Source of the DNA: Lachnospiraceae bacterium
GTDB lineage: Bacteria > Bacillota > Clostridia > Lachnospirales > Lachnospiraceae
Assembly: GCA_047602645.1 (NCBI GenBank)
Contig: JASGGU010000005.1
Coordinates: forward strand, 1,533 to 65,532
Length of the DNA: 64,000 nt
Reading direction: 5' to 3'
Shown here: one piece after another, positions 1 through 8,833 of the stretch
Numbering within the stretch: position 1 is the first letter of the stretch
How the letters are laid out: every line of letters starts with the position of its first letter
Translations under genes and position numbers: made by a program
The notes under the pieces: model-generated
Seen by the model: the letters and a program-made list of their open reading frames with translations, nothing else
What the model was told of the DNA's origin: nothing
Databases searched by the model: none

Positions 1-829
1 AATCAATACCCACATCCTTTGATTGTACAACAATTAATGATGCCGGATTTGTATGGCACGCGGCAATAATACCGTCAACATCAGAATTTTGAATTTGAGA
101 AAGTATCGGTCCAAATTGTTTTTCATCGGCGTTAAACCCATATACATTACTTTCGGAAACTTCAATTCCCATCTCACCCAACGCCGCCACAGTCTGATCT
201 TTCAAGCCGGTTCCAAAGGATTCTGTTGAGTATAAAATTGCCGGATTTTTAATGTTAAGCTTTTCAACACATGCCTTAGCCATAATATATCCTGACTGAT
301 CATCTGTCATTCTGTTCTGCCACATGTATTCATTTCCCTCGGCAGGGATATTTGCAGATGATCCTCCTGCAATATACGGAATTTTTCGGTCTTCAATAAA
401 CGGTGAACTTGCAAGACAATAAGAGGAAGATGTCGAACCCATAATTGCACTGAGATCAGTGCGGCTCAATAATTTGTTTGTTGCATTAACCGCCGTTTGG
501 GAACTCTCTCCCTCATCTTCAATAACAAGCTTCAGCTGTTTTCCCAAAACGCCGCCATTACTGTTGATTTCTTCTATTGCCAATTCAGCACCATTGATTA
601 CAAACCCACCAATTGTCTTATTGGATCCGGATTGGGCTGCAGTGAGACCGATGGTAATCTCATCCAAAGAATCATAATCAGTAACCACTTCCTGACTTTC
701 CGAGCTTGAAGCGTTGGTTGATGCATTAGAATTTGCAGCTCCGTCCTCCGTCTGCGTGTCAACCTTTCTGGCCGAGCACCCTGTCACAAATAAAACCCCA
801 ACCAATAAACATAATAATCTTTTCTTCAT
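1..829 (-). CDS. ABC transporter substrate-binding lipoprotein, LivJ/Peripla_BP_6-like (3' end outside window)
   Basis: This gene is missing from the ORF track because it runs off the window edge. My reverse translation from the ATG at 829-827 gives MKKRLLCLLVGVLFVTGCSARK, a signal peptide with a lipobox. It continues ...ITIGLTAAQSGSNKTIGGFVINGAELAIEEINSNGGVLGKQLKLVIEDEG..., and the frame stays open to position 1. Confidence 0.8.
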   Translation of the reverse strand, partial: MKKRLLCLLVGVLFVTGCSARKVDTQTEDGAANSNASTNASSSESQEVVTDYDSLDEITIGLTAAQSGSNKTIGGFVINGAELAIEEINSNGGVLGKQLKLVIEDEGESSQTAVNATNKLLSRTDLSAIMGSTSSSYCLASSPFIEDRKIPYIAGGSSANIPAEGNEYMWQNRMTDDQSGYIMAKACVEKLNIKNPAILYSTESFGTGLKDQTVAALGEMGIEVSESNVYGFNADEKQFGPILSQIQNSDVDGIIAACHTNPASLIVVQSKDVGID

Positions 830-863
830 TTCTTTATACCTCTCTTCTCCTTTAATAATATCT

Positions 864-889
864 AACTTTACTTCTGAATGAGTAAAGTT
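864..889 (-). terminator. Weak AT-rich hairpin between the kinase gene and the binding-protein gene
   Basis: Inverted repeat AACTTTACT-N8-AGTAAAGTT (864-872 / 881-889). On the minus strand it is followed by a mixed A/T tract, not a clean T-run. Confidence 0.3.
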
Positions 890-900
890 GATTTTGAATA

Positions 901-2160
901 TTATGATTCGAATATCTCATTCGCAATATTGAAAATAGTCTGTTCGTATCCAAATCCGCCGGATTTCGTAATGATCTGTAACTCCTTTTCCCGCCAGTCT
1001 AATTTTGATACAACGACTCCTCTCTCGATTTCACACACCGGATTAAGATGAGCTCCTTCCAGTATTTTCATTACTCCCATCAAGGTATCACCTCCGGTCA
1101 GCATGATTGTGTAATCCATTCCCTTCTCAAGTAATGCTTTTATAATTTTACCATGGCACTCGCTGACACAATATCTGATTTCATCTTTGCAAACTCCATA
1201 TTTTTCTGCATATTCGGCAGTAGCAGCCTTGTCTTCCAAATCAAATGTGTCAACAATGATAAAAGGATTTTTTTCACAAAGATCAAATAATTGCTCAAGA
1301 AACAAAATTCCTTTTTCACTTTGGTAGTATTCTTTATTTACTTTTTGTTCAGGGGTAAGGTTTACTCTGACACCGCCTCTTAACTCCATATATTCCACTT
1401 GTTTCTTAGTTATCGGACTTAAGCTTCCGCAAGCCACATACAATCCCTTCGACTTTTTAACGTGATCCGCAGCACCCATTTCCAGCTCCAGTGCTTTGGG
1501 AAGAAATTCCGCAAAGCCTGCGCAGCCTGCCAGCAGCTTTAGTTGATTCGATCGTTTTAATTCATTTGTCCTTTTCTCAATATCTTCTTTGTACTCCGCA
1601 TCAAAAACATAGATCGTTTTTTCTGTATCAGTCCTTTGCGGAAGCTGATCTGTTCTCTTAACAACTTCCATTCTGCATGCGCATTGTTTCGCAAGCAGCT
1701 CAGGGATAAAAGAAATTTTTACCGGTTCAAATGGATCTCTGCCAAATACACTGTTTTCCAGAAGTTCCCCGCCAATATAATGGGTTCCCATTTTGGTAAT
1801 TCTATTAATATCCGGAAACGCCGGGATAAAGTATATTTGATTTTCATTTGTTCCGTCAAGAACCGCCTGAAATTCAGCACCCACATTTCCCCGTAGTGCA
1901 GAATCTGTTTTTTTAAATATTGTGGCAGCCTGCAGACTGACGGCCTCGCCCGTAATTGATTTTACAATCTCATATGCCTTCTCGGAAGAAAGCGCCCGTG
2001 TTTCCGAATCTACGACAACAACTTCTGCTGTGTCCGAAATGGAAGCTCTGAGTAATTTCCAATCAGTAATGATCTGCGTCTCTATTCCATATTTTGCAAA
2101 CTGAATGCCGGTATCCAATGCTCCCGTAAAATCATCTGCAATAATCAAGACTTTCACCAT
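901..2160 (-). CDS. Four-carbon acid sugar kinase (DUF1537 / YgbK-OtnK-DtnK family)
   Basis: The 419-aa ORF starts MVKVLIIADDFTGALDTGIQF, the characteristic N-terminal IADDFTGA motif. It lies directly downstream of a PdxA-family gene, which is the usual pairing. Confidence 0.85.
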   Translation of the reverse strand: MVKVLIIADDFTGALDTGIQFAKYGIETQIITDWKLLRASISDTAEVVVVDSETRALSSEKAYEIVKSITGEAVSLQAATIFKKTDSALRGNVGAEFQAVLDGTNENQIYFIPAFPDINRITKMGTHYIGGELLENSVFGRDPFEPVKISFIPELLAKQCACRMEVVKRTDQLPQRTDTEKTIYVFDAEYKEDIEKRTNELKRSNQLKLLAGCAGFAEFLPKALELEMGAADHVKKSKGLYVACGSLSPITKKQVEYMELRGGVRVNLTPEQKVNKEYYQSEKGILFLEQLFDLCEKNPFIIVDTFDLEDKAATAEYAEKYGVCKDEIRYCVSECHGKIIKALLEKGMDYTIMLTGGDTLMGVMKILEGAHLNPVCEIERGVVVSKLDWREKELQIITKSGGFGYEQTIFNIANEIFES

Positions 2161-2171
2161 ATCCAGTCCCC

Positions 2172-3209
2172 CTACTTATTCTCAGCGAGGATGATTGCAT
2201 ATTCAATTGCATTTACTAAACTTGATTCATTTGCCTTCCCAGTTCCCGCATACTCAAAGGCTGTTCCATGATCTACAGAAGTACGTATGATGGGAAGTCC
2301 TAACGTAATATTTACTCCCTCAACCGCATTCCATTTATTCTCTTCCGCATTGTATTCAAAGCCTAAAACTTTAAGCGGAATATGGCCCTGATCATGATAC
2401 ATTGCCACCACAATATCATATAGTCCTCCTCTTGCCTTCGAAAAAACCGTATCCGGGGCAATCGGCCCTTCCACGCAGATGCCCTCCTGCCTTGCCTGTA
2501 AAACCGCAGGCATAATTTCTTCAATTTCCTCCATTCCAAACAAACCATTTTCACCGCAATGAGGATTCAGACCGGCCACCGCAACTTTAGGATTCCGAAT
2601 GCCCAGCATTTTGCAGGCATCGTTTGCAATCCTTATAACATCAGATATTCTTTGCTTCTTCACCTTATCGCAGGCTTCCCGCAAGGAAACATGCGTCGAT
2701 ACATGCACTACACGAAGCTTGTCCTGCGCAAGCATCATTGTATATTTATCCGTCCCTGTTAATTCCGCATAAATTTCTGTGTGCCCCGAATAGTGATGTC
2801 CAGCTATATTAATCGCTTCCTTATTCAGTGCGTTTGTTACTGTTGCCTCAACTTCATTTTTAAGAGCCAGCTCAATTACAGTTTTTACACATTGAAATGC
2901 CGTTTCTCCTCCAAGTTTAGATACTTTCCCCAAAATCAACCTGTTCATGTCTACCATATGTAAATCATAGACATCAATGATGCCCGGTTTAAAAAACGAT
3001 TCCTTCACACTTTTAACCGGATGGATCTTAATTTGATCCTCACGCTTTAATATTTTTACTGCATTAGACATTACCTCTGCATCTCCAATGATCAGCGGCC
3101 GGCATTTGTCATATATTTCACTGCTGCTCAAGGCCTTTACCGTTATTTCCGGTCCGATGCTGGTGGGATCCCCCATTGTAATACCTAAAATAGGTCTTTT
3201 TTTTCCCAT
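2172..3209 (-). CDS. PdxA-family NAD-dependent 4-phospho-hydroxyacid dehydrogenase (PdxA2-like)
   Basis: The 345-aa ORF carries the motifs HYSGHTEIYA, VHVSTHVSL, GLNPHCGENGLFG, AMYHDQGHIPLK and TSVDHGTAF, which are typical of PdxA. Confidence 0.88.
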   Translation of the reverse strand: MGKKRPILGITMGDPTSIGPEITVKALSSSEIYDKCRPLIIGDAEVMSNAVKILKREDQIKIHPVKSVKESFFKPGIIDVYDLHMVDMNRLILGKVSKLGGETAFQCVKTVIELALKNEVEATVTNALNKEAINIAGHHYSGHTEIYAELTGTDKYTMMLAQDKLRVVHVSTHVSLREACDKVKKQRISDVIRIANDACKMLGIRNPKVAVAGLNPHCGENGLFGMEEIEEIMPAVLQARQEGICVEGPIAPDTVFSKARGGLYDIVVAMYHDQGHIPLKVLGFEYNAEENKWNAVEGVNITLGLPIIRTSVDHGTAFEYAGTGKANESSLVNAIEYAIILAENK

Positions 3210-3221
3210 TTCTTCCCCTTC

Positions 3222-4373
3222 CTAAAACAATACCTTTTCATAAATACATCTAATATCAGAGATTGACAGTTCTTTCCTATTATTATTTAATAATCTCTTT
3301 TGCTGACTGCCTGCCTGTACCAGAAATTCAAGGTCTTCTCCGCTGATACCATATTTGTCCAGACTAGTCGGAATCTCTGTTACCTTAACAACATCTTTAA
3401 TTTCATTAATCACATGCTGCGCTTTTAATTCATTGGATTCCCGAATCAATTCCGGATTAATACAATTACAGATATCTACCAGTTGTTTTTGACATGCATA
3501 TTTATTCACTTCCATAACATGGGCAAATAAGATCGCATTAGAAACACCATGAGGAATATGATACTTGCCCCCCAGCGGGTAAGCCAATGCATGCACCGCG
3601 GTTGTCCCACTTCCGGAAATAGCAGTTCCTCCATAAAACGCTCCGAGCATCATATTGTTTTTAGCTTCCATATTTTCAGGATCTTGATACGCCTCTCTGA
3701 TATTGTTAAATATTAATTTGGCCGAAGCAAGTGCATATGTATCAGAAAGAGGGGTTGCCTTTAGGGAAGTATAGCATTCTACGGCATGGGCCAACGCATC
3801 AACCCCCGAGGACGCCACAATGTGCTTGGGTAAGCCTCGAATCATACTCCCGTCTAATATTACGTAGTCCGGTATCATCTCAGGATTTACAATCCCTTGT
3901 TTCGTGTTTTCTTCCGGGATACCAACAATAGAATTACATGTTGCTTCTGAGCCGGTGCCGCATGTTGTCGGTATCATGACTGATTTAATTCTCTTTTTTC
4001 CCTTCATAGAATCTGTCATCAGATCTTTCACCGTATAGGCGGCATCCTTTAATAAAGAATACAGTTTTGCGGCGTCCATTACACTTCCACCGCCCAATGC
4101 AATAATCAAATCACACTGATATTCCCTGACCTCCTCCACCATTTTCTCCATATCCTGATAGCCGGGCTCTGCAACTAATTCATCATATATTTGAAAATCC
4201 GCATGAACATGCTTCAATTCTTCCAGGATTCTATCAACCATTCCGGTCAGCCTAATGGTTTTATCCGTAAATAATAAAACTTTTTTTGCTTCTTCTTTTT
4301 TAATAACATCCTGAATTTTTTTGATACTGCCATCACCGCCAAAAACTTCTGATGGAGTTTTTAATTGATACAT
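3222..4373 (-). CDS. Iron-containing (group III) alcohol dehydrogenase
   Basis: The 383-aa ORF has GGGSVMDAAK, the DALAHAVE/HALAYPLGG histidine motifs, and a GGAGG RBS about 11 nt upstream. Confidence 0.85.
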   Translation of the reverse strand: MYQLKTPSEVFGGDGSIKKIQDVIKKEEAKKVLLFTDKTIRLTGMVDRILEELKHVHADFQIYDELVAEPGYQDMEKMVEEVREYQCDLIIALGGGSVMDAAKLYSLLKDAAYTVKDLMTDSMKGKKRIKSVMIPTTCGTGSEATCNSIVGIPEENTKQGIVNPEMIPDYVILDGSMIRGLPKHIVASSGVDALAHAVECYTSLKATPLSDTYALASAKLIFNNIREAYQDPENMEAKNNMMLGAFYGGTAISGSGTTAVHALAYPLGGKYHIPHGVSNAILFAHVMEVNKYACQKQLVDICNCINPELIRESNELKAQHVINEIKDVVKVTEIPTSLDKYGISGEDLEFLVQAGSQQKRLLNNNRKELSISDIRCIYEKVLF

Positions 4374-4393
4374 GTAATATCTGCCTCCTAATG

Positions 4394-4561
4394 TTTCATT
4401 TTGAAATTATCTGTTGTAATTCTTCTTTATTTTACCGAGATGTATTTTCATTTTCAATGAATTAATATCATTTAATTGTTTTATTTTGAAACATTTTGTT
4501 TATTTTTTTATTATCTTGATGTATAATATGATTATGTTCTAATTAATATTTCATTTTGAAA
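4394..4561. promoter_or_regulatory. Divergent control region with repeated TTTCATTTTGAAA palindromes
   Basis: The identical 13-mer TTTCATTTTGAAA (TTTCA-N3-TGAAA) occurs at 4394-4406 and 4549-4561. Degenerate copies lie at 4446-4457 (TTTCATTTTCAA) and 4480-4491 (TTTATTTTGAAA). A TATAAT hexamer sits at 4522-4527 on the plus strand. Confidence 0.5.
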
Positions 4562-4574
4562 GGCGTATACTATT

Positions 4575-6371
4575 ATGAGAAAAATAAAAATACTTGCAAT
4601 TGCGCCATATGAAGGAATGGCCGAAATTATCACTACTCTGTCCGCAGCGAGAGAAGATATTGATATAACAGTCCGAACAGGAAATTTACACGCCGGATTA
4701 AGAATTGCACACGAACTGTCCTACAAAGACTACGATGTAATCATTTCGCGCGGAGGAACCGCCGAACTTTTACAGCGTGAATTAGAGATACCGGTAATCA
4801 ATATCCCTTTATCTGTGTATGACATGCTTCGTTCCATCAAAATGGCGGAAAGCTATGCCGGGAAATTCGCGATTGCCGGATTCCAAAGTATCACCGGCTG
4901 TGCGAGAATACTTTGTGATTTACTTAATTTAAATATTAAAATTTTTACATTTGAATCTTCCGAGCAGGTCGAGCCCATCCTTTGTTCATTAAAAGAGCAG
5001 GAATATAATTTAGTTGTATGTGATATGATTGGTTCTATCACCGCGCACAGTCTGGGGCTAAACGCTATTTTAGTTCCGTCAGGCACAGAAAGTATATCCG
5101 ATTCCTTAGATGAGGCAGTAAAATTGATCCATACTTCCCGGCATATTATAAAACAAAATGACATTTTTCAAAAAGCTCTCACTTATGACAATGAAAGTGT
5201 TGTCATTTATGACCAGGACGGACATTTATGGTATTCGACCCTCACGAAAAACGAACTATATAATCCTATCTTGAATATGGCGCAAACTTTTCTTCCTGCA
5301 TTCACAAAAACCGACGGGCAGGTGTTCGAACGGCAATATGACAATTATATTGTCACTATTATCAATCAGCATATTTATTATGAAGACAAAAAATATATAG
5401 TTCTGCGGATGAAAAAGAACGAAACTCTGTTTAAAGATGATAATAACAGTATTTCTATTTACAATAAAATAGAGGATAAGTTTCATGATCTATCCATTTA
5501 TTATAGTAGTACTAACTCCTTTGGAAATATGGAAAACATAATAAACGATTACAGCAAGACTGCGTTCCCCATTTTAATAACAGGTGAAACCGGAGCAGGG
5601 AAAGACCAGGCCGCTTCCTTGATATATGAAAACGGACCGTATCAAAGCTCACCTTTTTATATCATTGATTGCGCCTTTTTAAACGAACGTAAATGGAAAA
5701 AAATTATTGACAGTGAAAAGTCTCCGTTCAATAACATCAAAACAACCATCTATATCAAGAACCTCAATAGACTTACCAATGAGCAGTTTTCCGATTTTCA
5801 GTTATTCATTGACCAAACTGATCTCTTAAAGAGAAACAGGCTGATTTTTTCACTGATCACTAATACAACGGACTTTTCAATTTTCTATAACTATCTGGCC
5901 AATCATTTGTCTTGTTTACTTCTGCCCTTGCCGGCACTCAGGGACAGAGCTGATGATATTCCAAGTATTTCAGCTTTATATATTAATCAGCTGAACGTTT
6001 TAACAGGAAAACAAATCGTCGGTTTTGAACCGGATGCCATTCAATTAGTCAAAGATTATTCATGGCCAAACAATCTGGATCAGCTGCGGCGTATTATTAA
6101 AGAGCTGGTTACAATTACAAAAAATTCCTATATCACTGCCGAAAGTGTCCGGCAGCTATTAAAAGCCGAAACAATGAATGAGAAGATTTTACCTGTGGGC
6201 AATTTATTTGCAAACATTGATCCAAATCAAACACTTGAAGAAATAACATACCATATCATTCTTAATGTCATGAAAGAGGAAGGCATGAATAAGGAAAATA
6301 CTTCTCAGAGATTAGGTATCAGCCGCAGTACTTTGTGGCGGGTTTTAAAATCGCATGATCCTGTATCATAG
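4575..6371 (+). CDS. PrpR-N domain / sigma-54-activator-like transcriptional regulator with degenerate AAA+ core and C-terminal Fis-type HTH
   Basis: The 598-aa ORF has an N-terminal PrpR_N-like region (ISRGGTAELLQRELEIPVINIPLSVYD) and a Walker A motif (GETGAGKD). LPALRDRADDI is retained, and the C-terminus has an HTH (NKENTSQRLGISRSTLWRVLK). I cannot find the GAFTGA loop or a Walker B DE pair in their expected positions. Confidence 0.8.
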   Translation: MRKIKILAIAPYEGMAEIITTLSAAREDIDITVRTGNLHAGLRIAHELSYKDYDVIISRGGTAELLQRELEIPVINIPLSVYDMLRSIKMAESYAGKFAIAGFQSITGCARILCDLLNLNIKIFTFESSEQVEPILCSLKEQEYNLVVCDMIGSITAHSLGLNAILVPSGTESISDSLDEAVKLIHTSRHIIKQNDIFQKALTYDNESVVIYDQDGHLWYSTLTKNELYNPILNMAQTFLPAFTKTDGQVFERQYDNYIVTIINQHIYYEDKKYIVLRMKKNETLFKDDNNSISIYNKIEDKFHDLSIYYSSTNSFGNMENIINDYSKTAFPILITGETGAGKDQAASLIYENGPYQSSPFYIIDCAFLNERKWKKIIDSEKSPFNNIKTTIYIKNLNRLTNEQFSDFQLFIDQTDLLKRNRLIFSLITNTTDFSIFYNYLANHLSCLLLPLPALRDRADDIPSISALYINQLNVLTGKQIVGFEPDAIQLVKDYSWPNNLDQLRRIIKELVTITKNSYITAESVRQLLKAETMNEKILPVGNLFANIDPNQTLEEITYHIILNVMKEEGMNKENTSQRLGISRSTLWRVLKSHDPVS

Positions 6372-6598
6372 ATACAAAAAATCGGAGATATTTCACAGCT
6401 TGAAACCGCATTTTCCTGTTTGTAATTCCCGCCGTTTTTGAATAGCCTGTTAATGGGTATCGTGGCAATTATATTACCGGTTAAAGTAACAATCTTTCTC
6501 GCTTTTTCGTTGCCGGCAGCTATCCCGGCACTATTATAGTCCAAATAAGTACACCATTTTTGGTAAACAGTATTATTTGAGACAATCGTAGAACATTG

Positions 6599-6627
6599 TT
6601 GATTTTGTTCGTTTGACCGTATATAAT
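6599..6627 (+). promoter_or_regulatory. Sigma-A type promoter for the HTH-relic/RR/HK operon
   Basis: TTGATT (6599-6604), a 17-nt spacer, then TATAAT (6622-6627). It lies about 35 nt upstream of a GGAGG RBS. Confidence 0.6.
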
Positions 6628-6660
6628 TGTTTTATCAAGATAAAAACGGAGGATAACCAT

Positions 6661-6723
6661 ATGGACTTCATTTCTGTTCAAGAGACTGCTCTAAAGCAGA
6701 AAGCTGGGAATAAAAATGAATAG
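6661..6723 (+). pseudogene. 20-codon relic of a small HTH gene (or leader ORF) overlapping the response-regulator start
   Basis: A GGAGGA RBS is followed by the ATG at 6661, giving MDFISVQETALKQKAGNKNE*. The first ~12 residues parallel the start of the intact 69-aa HTH protein at 47321 (MDYITTKQAAAKWGV...). The ORF ends 8 nt inside the RR gene. Confidence 0.5.
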
Positions 6724-7420
6724 CAAAATCTTATTAGTAGACGACGAAAAGGATATCGCAGACTTAATACAAGAAGTATTGCAGCAAGATGGTTTTCAAT
6801 TCATTCGGAAAGCACATACGGGACTAGAAGCGTTACAAATTTGCCGGGACTTTCAGCCTGACGTTGTTGTGTTAGATGTTATGCTTCCAGACCTTGACGG
6901 CTTAGAGGTGTGCAAAAAAATAAGAGAGTTTTCTTACTGTTCCGTTCTGTTCCTTTCCTCTAAAAATGATGATATTGATAAGATCCTTGGCCTTTCCAGC
7001 GGCGGCGATGATTATATAACAAAGCCGTTCAGCCCACGGGAAGTTGTTTTTCGCATTAAAGCACAGCTTCGCCGTCAACAATATCAGACCATGCCAAGTG
7101 CAGGCCCTGACGGCAGCTTGTGTGTCGGCCCTCTTTCTCTCAGCAGGGAAAGCTGTCGGGTCTATAAGTCAGGACAGGAAATCAGCCTGACCGGGCGTGA
7201 ATTTCTGCTTTTGTCTTATCTAATGGAAAACGCCGAAAAAATTATCAGCAAAGAACGTTTATATGAACAGGTTTGGGGCGAATGCAGCAGCATTTGTGAT
7301 AATACCATTATGGTTCATATCCGGCATATCCGCGAAAAGATTGAGGATACCCCCTCCACCCCTAAGCAGCTTATTACAGTGAAAGGTCTGGGGTACAAGC
7401 TGAAGAAAAGGACTGATTGA
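6716..7420 (+). CDS. OmpR/PhoB-family response regulator
   Basis: The 234-aa ORF has a receiver domain (ILLVDDEKD...VLDVMLPDLDG...DDYITKPF) and a winged-helix output domain (LTGREFLLLSYL...VKGLGYKL). Confidence 0.92.
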   Translation: MNSKILLVDDEKDIADLIQEVLQQDGFQFIRKAHTGLEALQICRDFQPDVVVLDVMLPDLDGLEVCKKIREFSYCSVLFLSSKNDDIDKILGLSSGGDDYITKPFSPREVVFRIKAQLRRQQYQTMPSAGPDGSLCVGPLSLSRESCRVYKSGQEISLTGREFLLLSYLMENAEKIISKERLYEQVWGECSSICDNTIMVHIRHIREKIEDTPSTPKQLITVKGLGYKLKKRTD

Positions 7421-8833
7421 ATGAAAAAATCCGGTTACCGCACAATCTTTCACGTTTATCTGATTTTCTTTTTGTCACTGCTTGGAGCAATTATCGCAGC
7501 GATCGGCCTTCTGTTTTTATTAGTTACCGTTCAAACACCGGACGGCTCCATGATAAAGAGCGATTGGCCGAAATCATTTACAGAGGATTTCAGTTCGCAA
7601 ATTATTTTTATTGATGATAAAGCACTGGTCAAACAACCCGGAATAGAACTGTTGCAGGAGAACGGTATCGGACTGCAGATTTTAGATCATTCCGGCTATG
7701 AAATAATCAGCTATCAAAAACCAGAACAGGCTGATGATACTTATTCCAGCACCGAGCTGTTATATCTTTACCAAACAGGGCAATTAGAAAATAGCGAAAC
7801 AACTTCTTTCATCGGAACGGTTACAAACAACGGAAACGACTATTCGTACATCCTGCATTTCCCTGTGAAAATTTCAAAAATAATGATGTATTTAAATGCA
7901 GAAAGATTTACAGGCGGGAAAACAATTATCATCTTCATTGTCGGCAGCCTATTTATGGTTATTCTTGTTTCGGGAATTATCTATGGATTTTGGACAACGC
8001 GGATAATGGGCCGTCTAACCGCTTCTATCAGGGAGATTGCAACACGCAGTTATCTTCCCATCCAAGCTGACGGCACTTTCAGGGACATATATGACAGTTT
8101 AAACACCTTGGACATAGAAATTAAAGCGAGCGACAGGTTGCGGGAGCAGACAGAAAAAATACGCGAAGAATGGATTGCCAACATTACCCATGATCTGAAA
8201 ACGCCTTTATCGCCCATCAAAGGCTACGCTGAAATATTACAGGAGAATGGCAGTAAAACCGAGGAACAGTGTGGACGGTATGCGAGGGTCATGCTAAAAA
8301 ATGTAGCTTATATGGAAACGCTGATTGATGATTTGAAACTAACCTACCAATTAGAAAATGATATGATTCCGCTAAAACGGCAGGAGCAAAATTTCATCCG
8401 TTTCCTGAGGGAATTAGTAATTGATATTTTAAACAATCCAGAATATGAGAGTCATACCATTCATTTTGAAACTACCGAAGAAACAATTTTATTTTCTTTT
8501 GACCGTACACTTTTAACAAGAGCGTTCCAGAATTTAATGATTAATGCGTTTGTGCATGGGGCTGAAAATACGGAACTTACTCTGCAAATTTCCGTTTCTG
8601 ATACCATTCTTCAAGTTATTGTGTCTGATAACGGAAAAGGAATGACCGCAGAAGAAACGGGCTTGCTTTTTCAGCGTTACTATCGCGGGAGTAATACGGA
8701 GCATAAACCAGAGGGAACAGGTTTGGGGCTAGCCATTACCAAAAGCATTGTTGAGCTTCACGGAGGCACAATTTCCGTATCCAGCAGACCAGGTATTGGG
8801 ACGGCTTTTCAGATACAATTTCCAACAAATTAA
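7421..8833 (+). CDS. Sensor histidine kinase (two TM segments, HisKA + HATPase_c)
   Basis: The 470-aa ORF has an H-box (ANITHDLKTPLSPIKGY), an N-box (NAFVHG) and G-boxes (DNGKGM, GTGLGLAI). Its start directly abuts the RR stop codon. Confidence 0.92.
   Translation: MKKSGYRTIFHVYLIFFLSLLGAIIAAIGLLFLLVTVQTPDGSMIKSDWPKSFTEDFSSQIIFIDDKALVKQPGIELLQENGIGLQILDHSGYEIISYQKPEQADDTYSSTELLYLYQTGQLENSETTSFIGTVTNNGNDYSYILHFPVKISKIMMYLNAERFTGGKTIIIFIVGSLFMVILVSGIIYGFWTTRIMGRLTASIREIATRSYLPIQADGTFRDIYDSLNTLDIEIKASDRLREQTEKIREEWIANITHDLKTPLSPIKGYAEILQENGSKTEEQCGRYARVMLKNVAYMETLIDDLKLTYQLENDMIPLKRQEQNFIRFLRELVIDILNNPEYESHTIHFETTEETILFSFDRTLLTRAFQNLMINAFVHGAENTELTLQISVSDTILQVIVSDNGKGMTAEETGLLFQRYYRGSNTEHKPEGTGLGLAITKSIVELHGGTISVSSRPGIGTAFQIQFPTN

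Noticed and set aside
4374-4574. An expected sigma-54 -24/-12 promoter (TGGCA-N7-TTGC) for the operon next to the activator-like regulator.
   Set aside because: I read both strands of the intergenic region and found no TGGCA/TTGC pair. Together with the missing GAFTGA loop, this argues against sigma-54 dependence, so I annotate no such promoter.
6444-6530. A 28-codon hydrophobic ORF (MGIVAIILPVKVTIFLAFSLPAAIPALL) in the 344-bp gap after the regulator gene.
   Set aside because: It has no RBS and no promoter that I can see. It could be a membrane-protein relic or chance, and the support is too weak to annotate.
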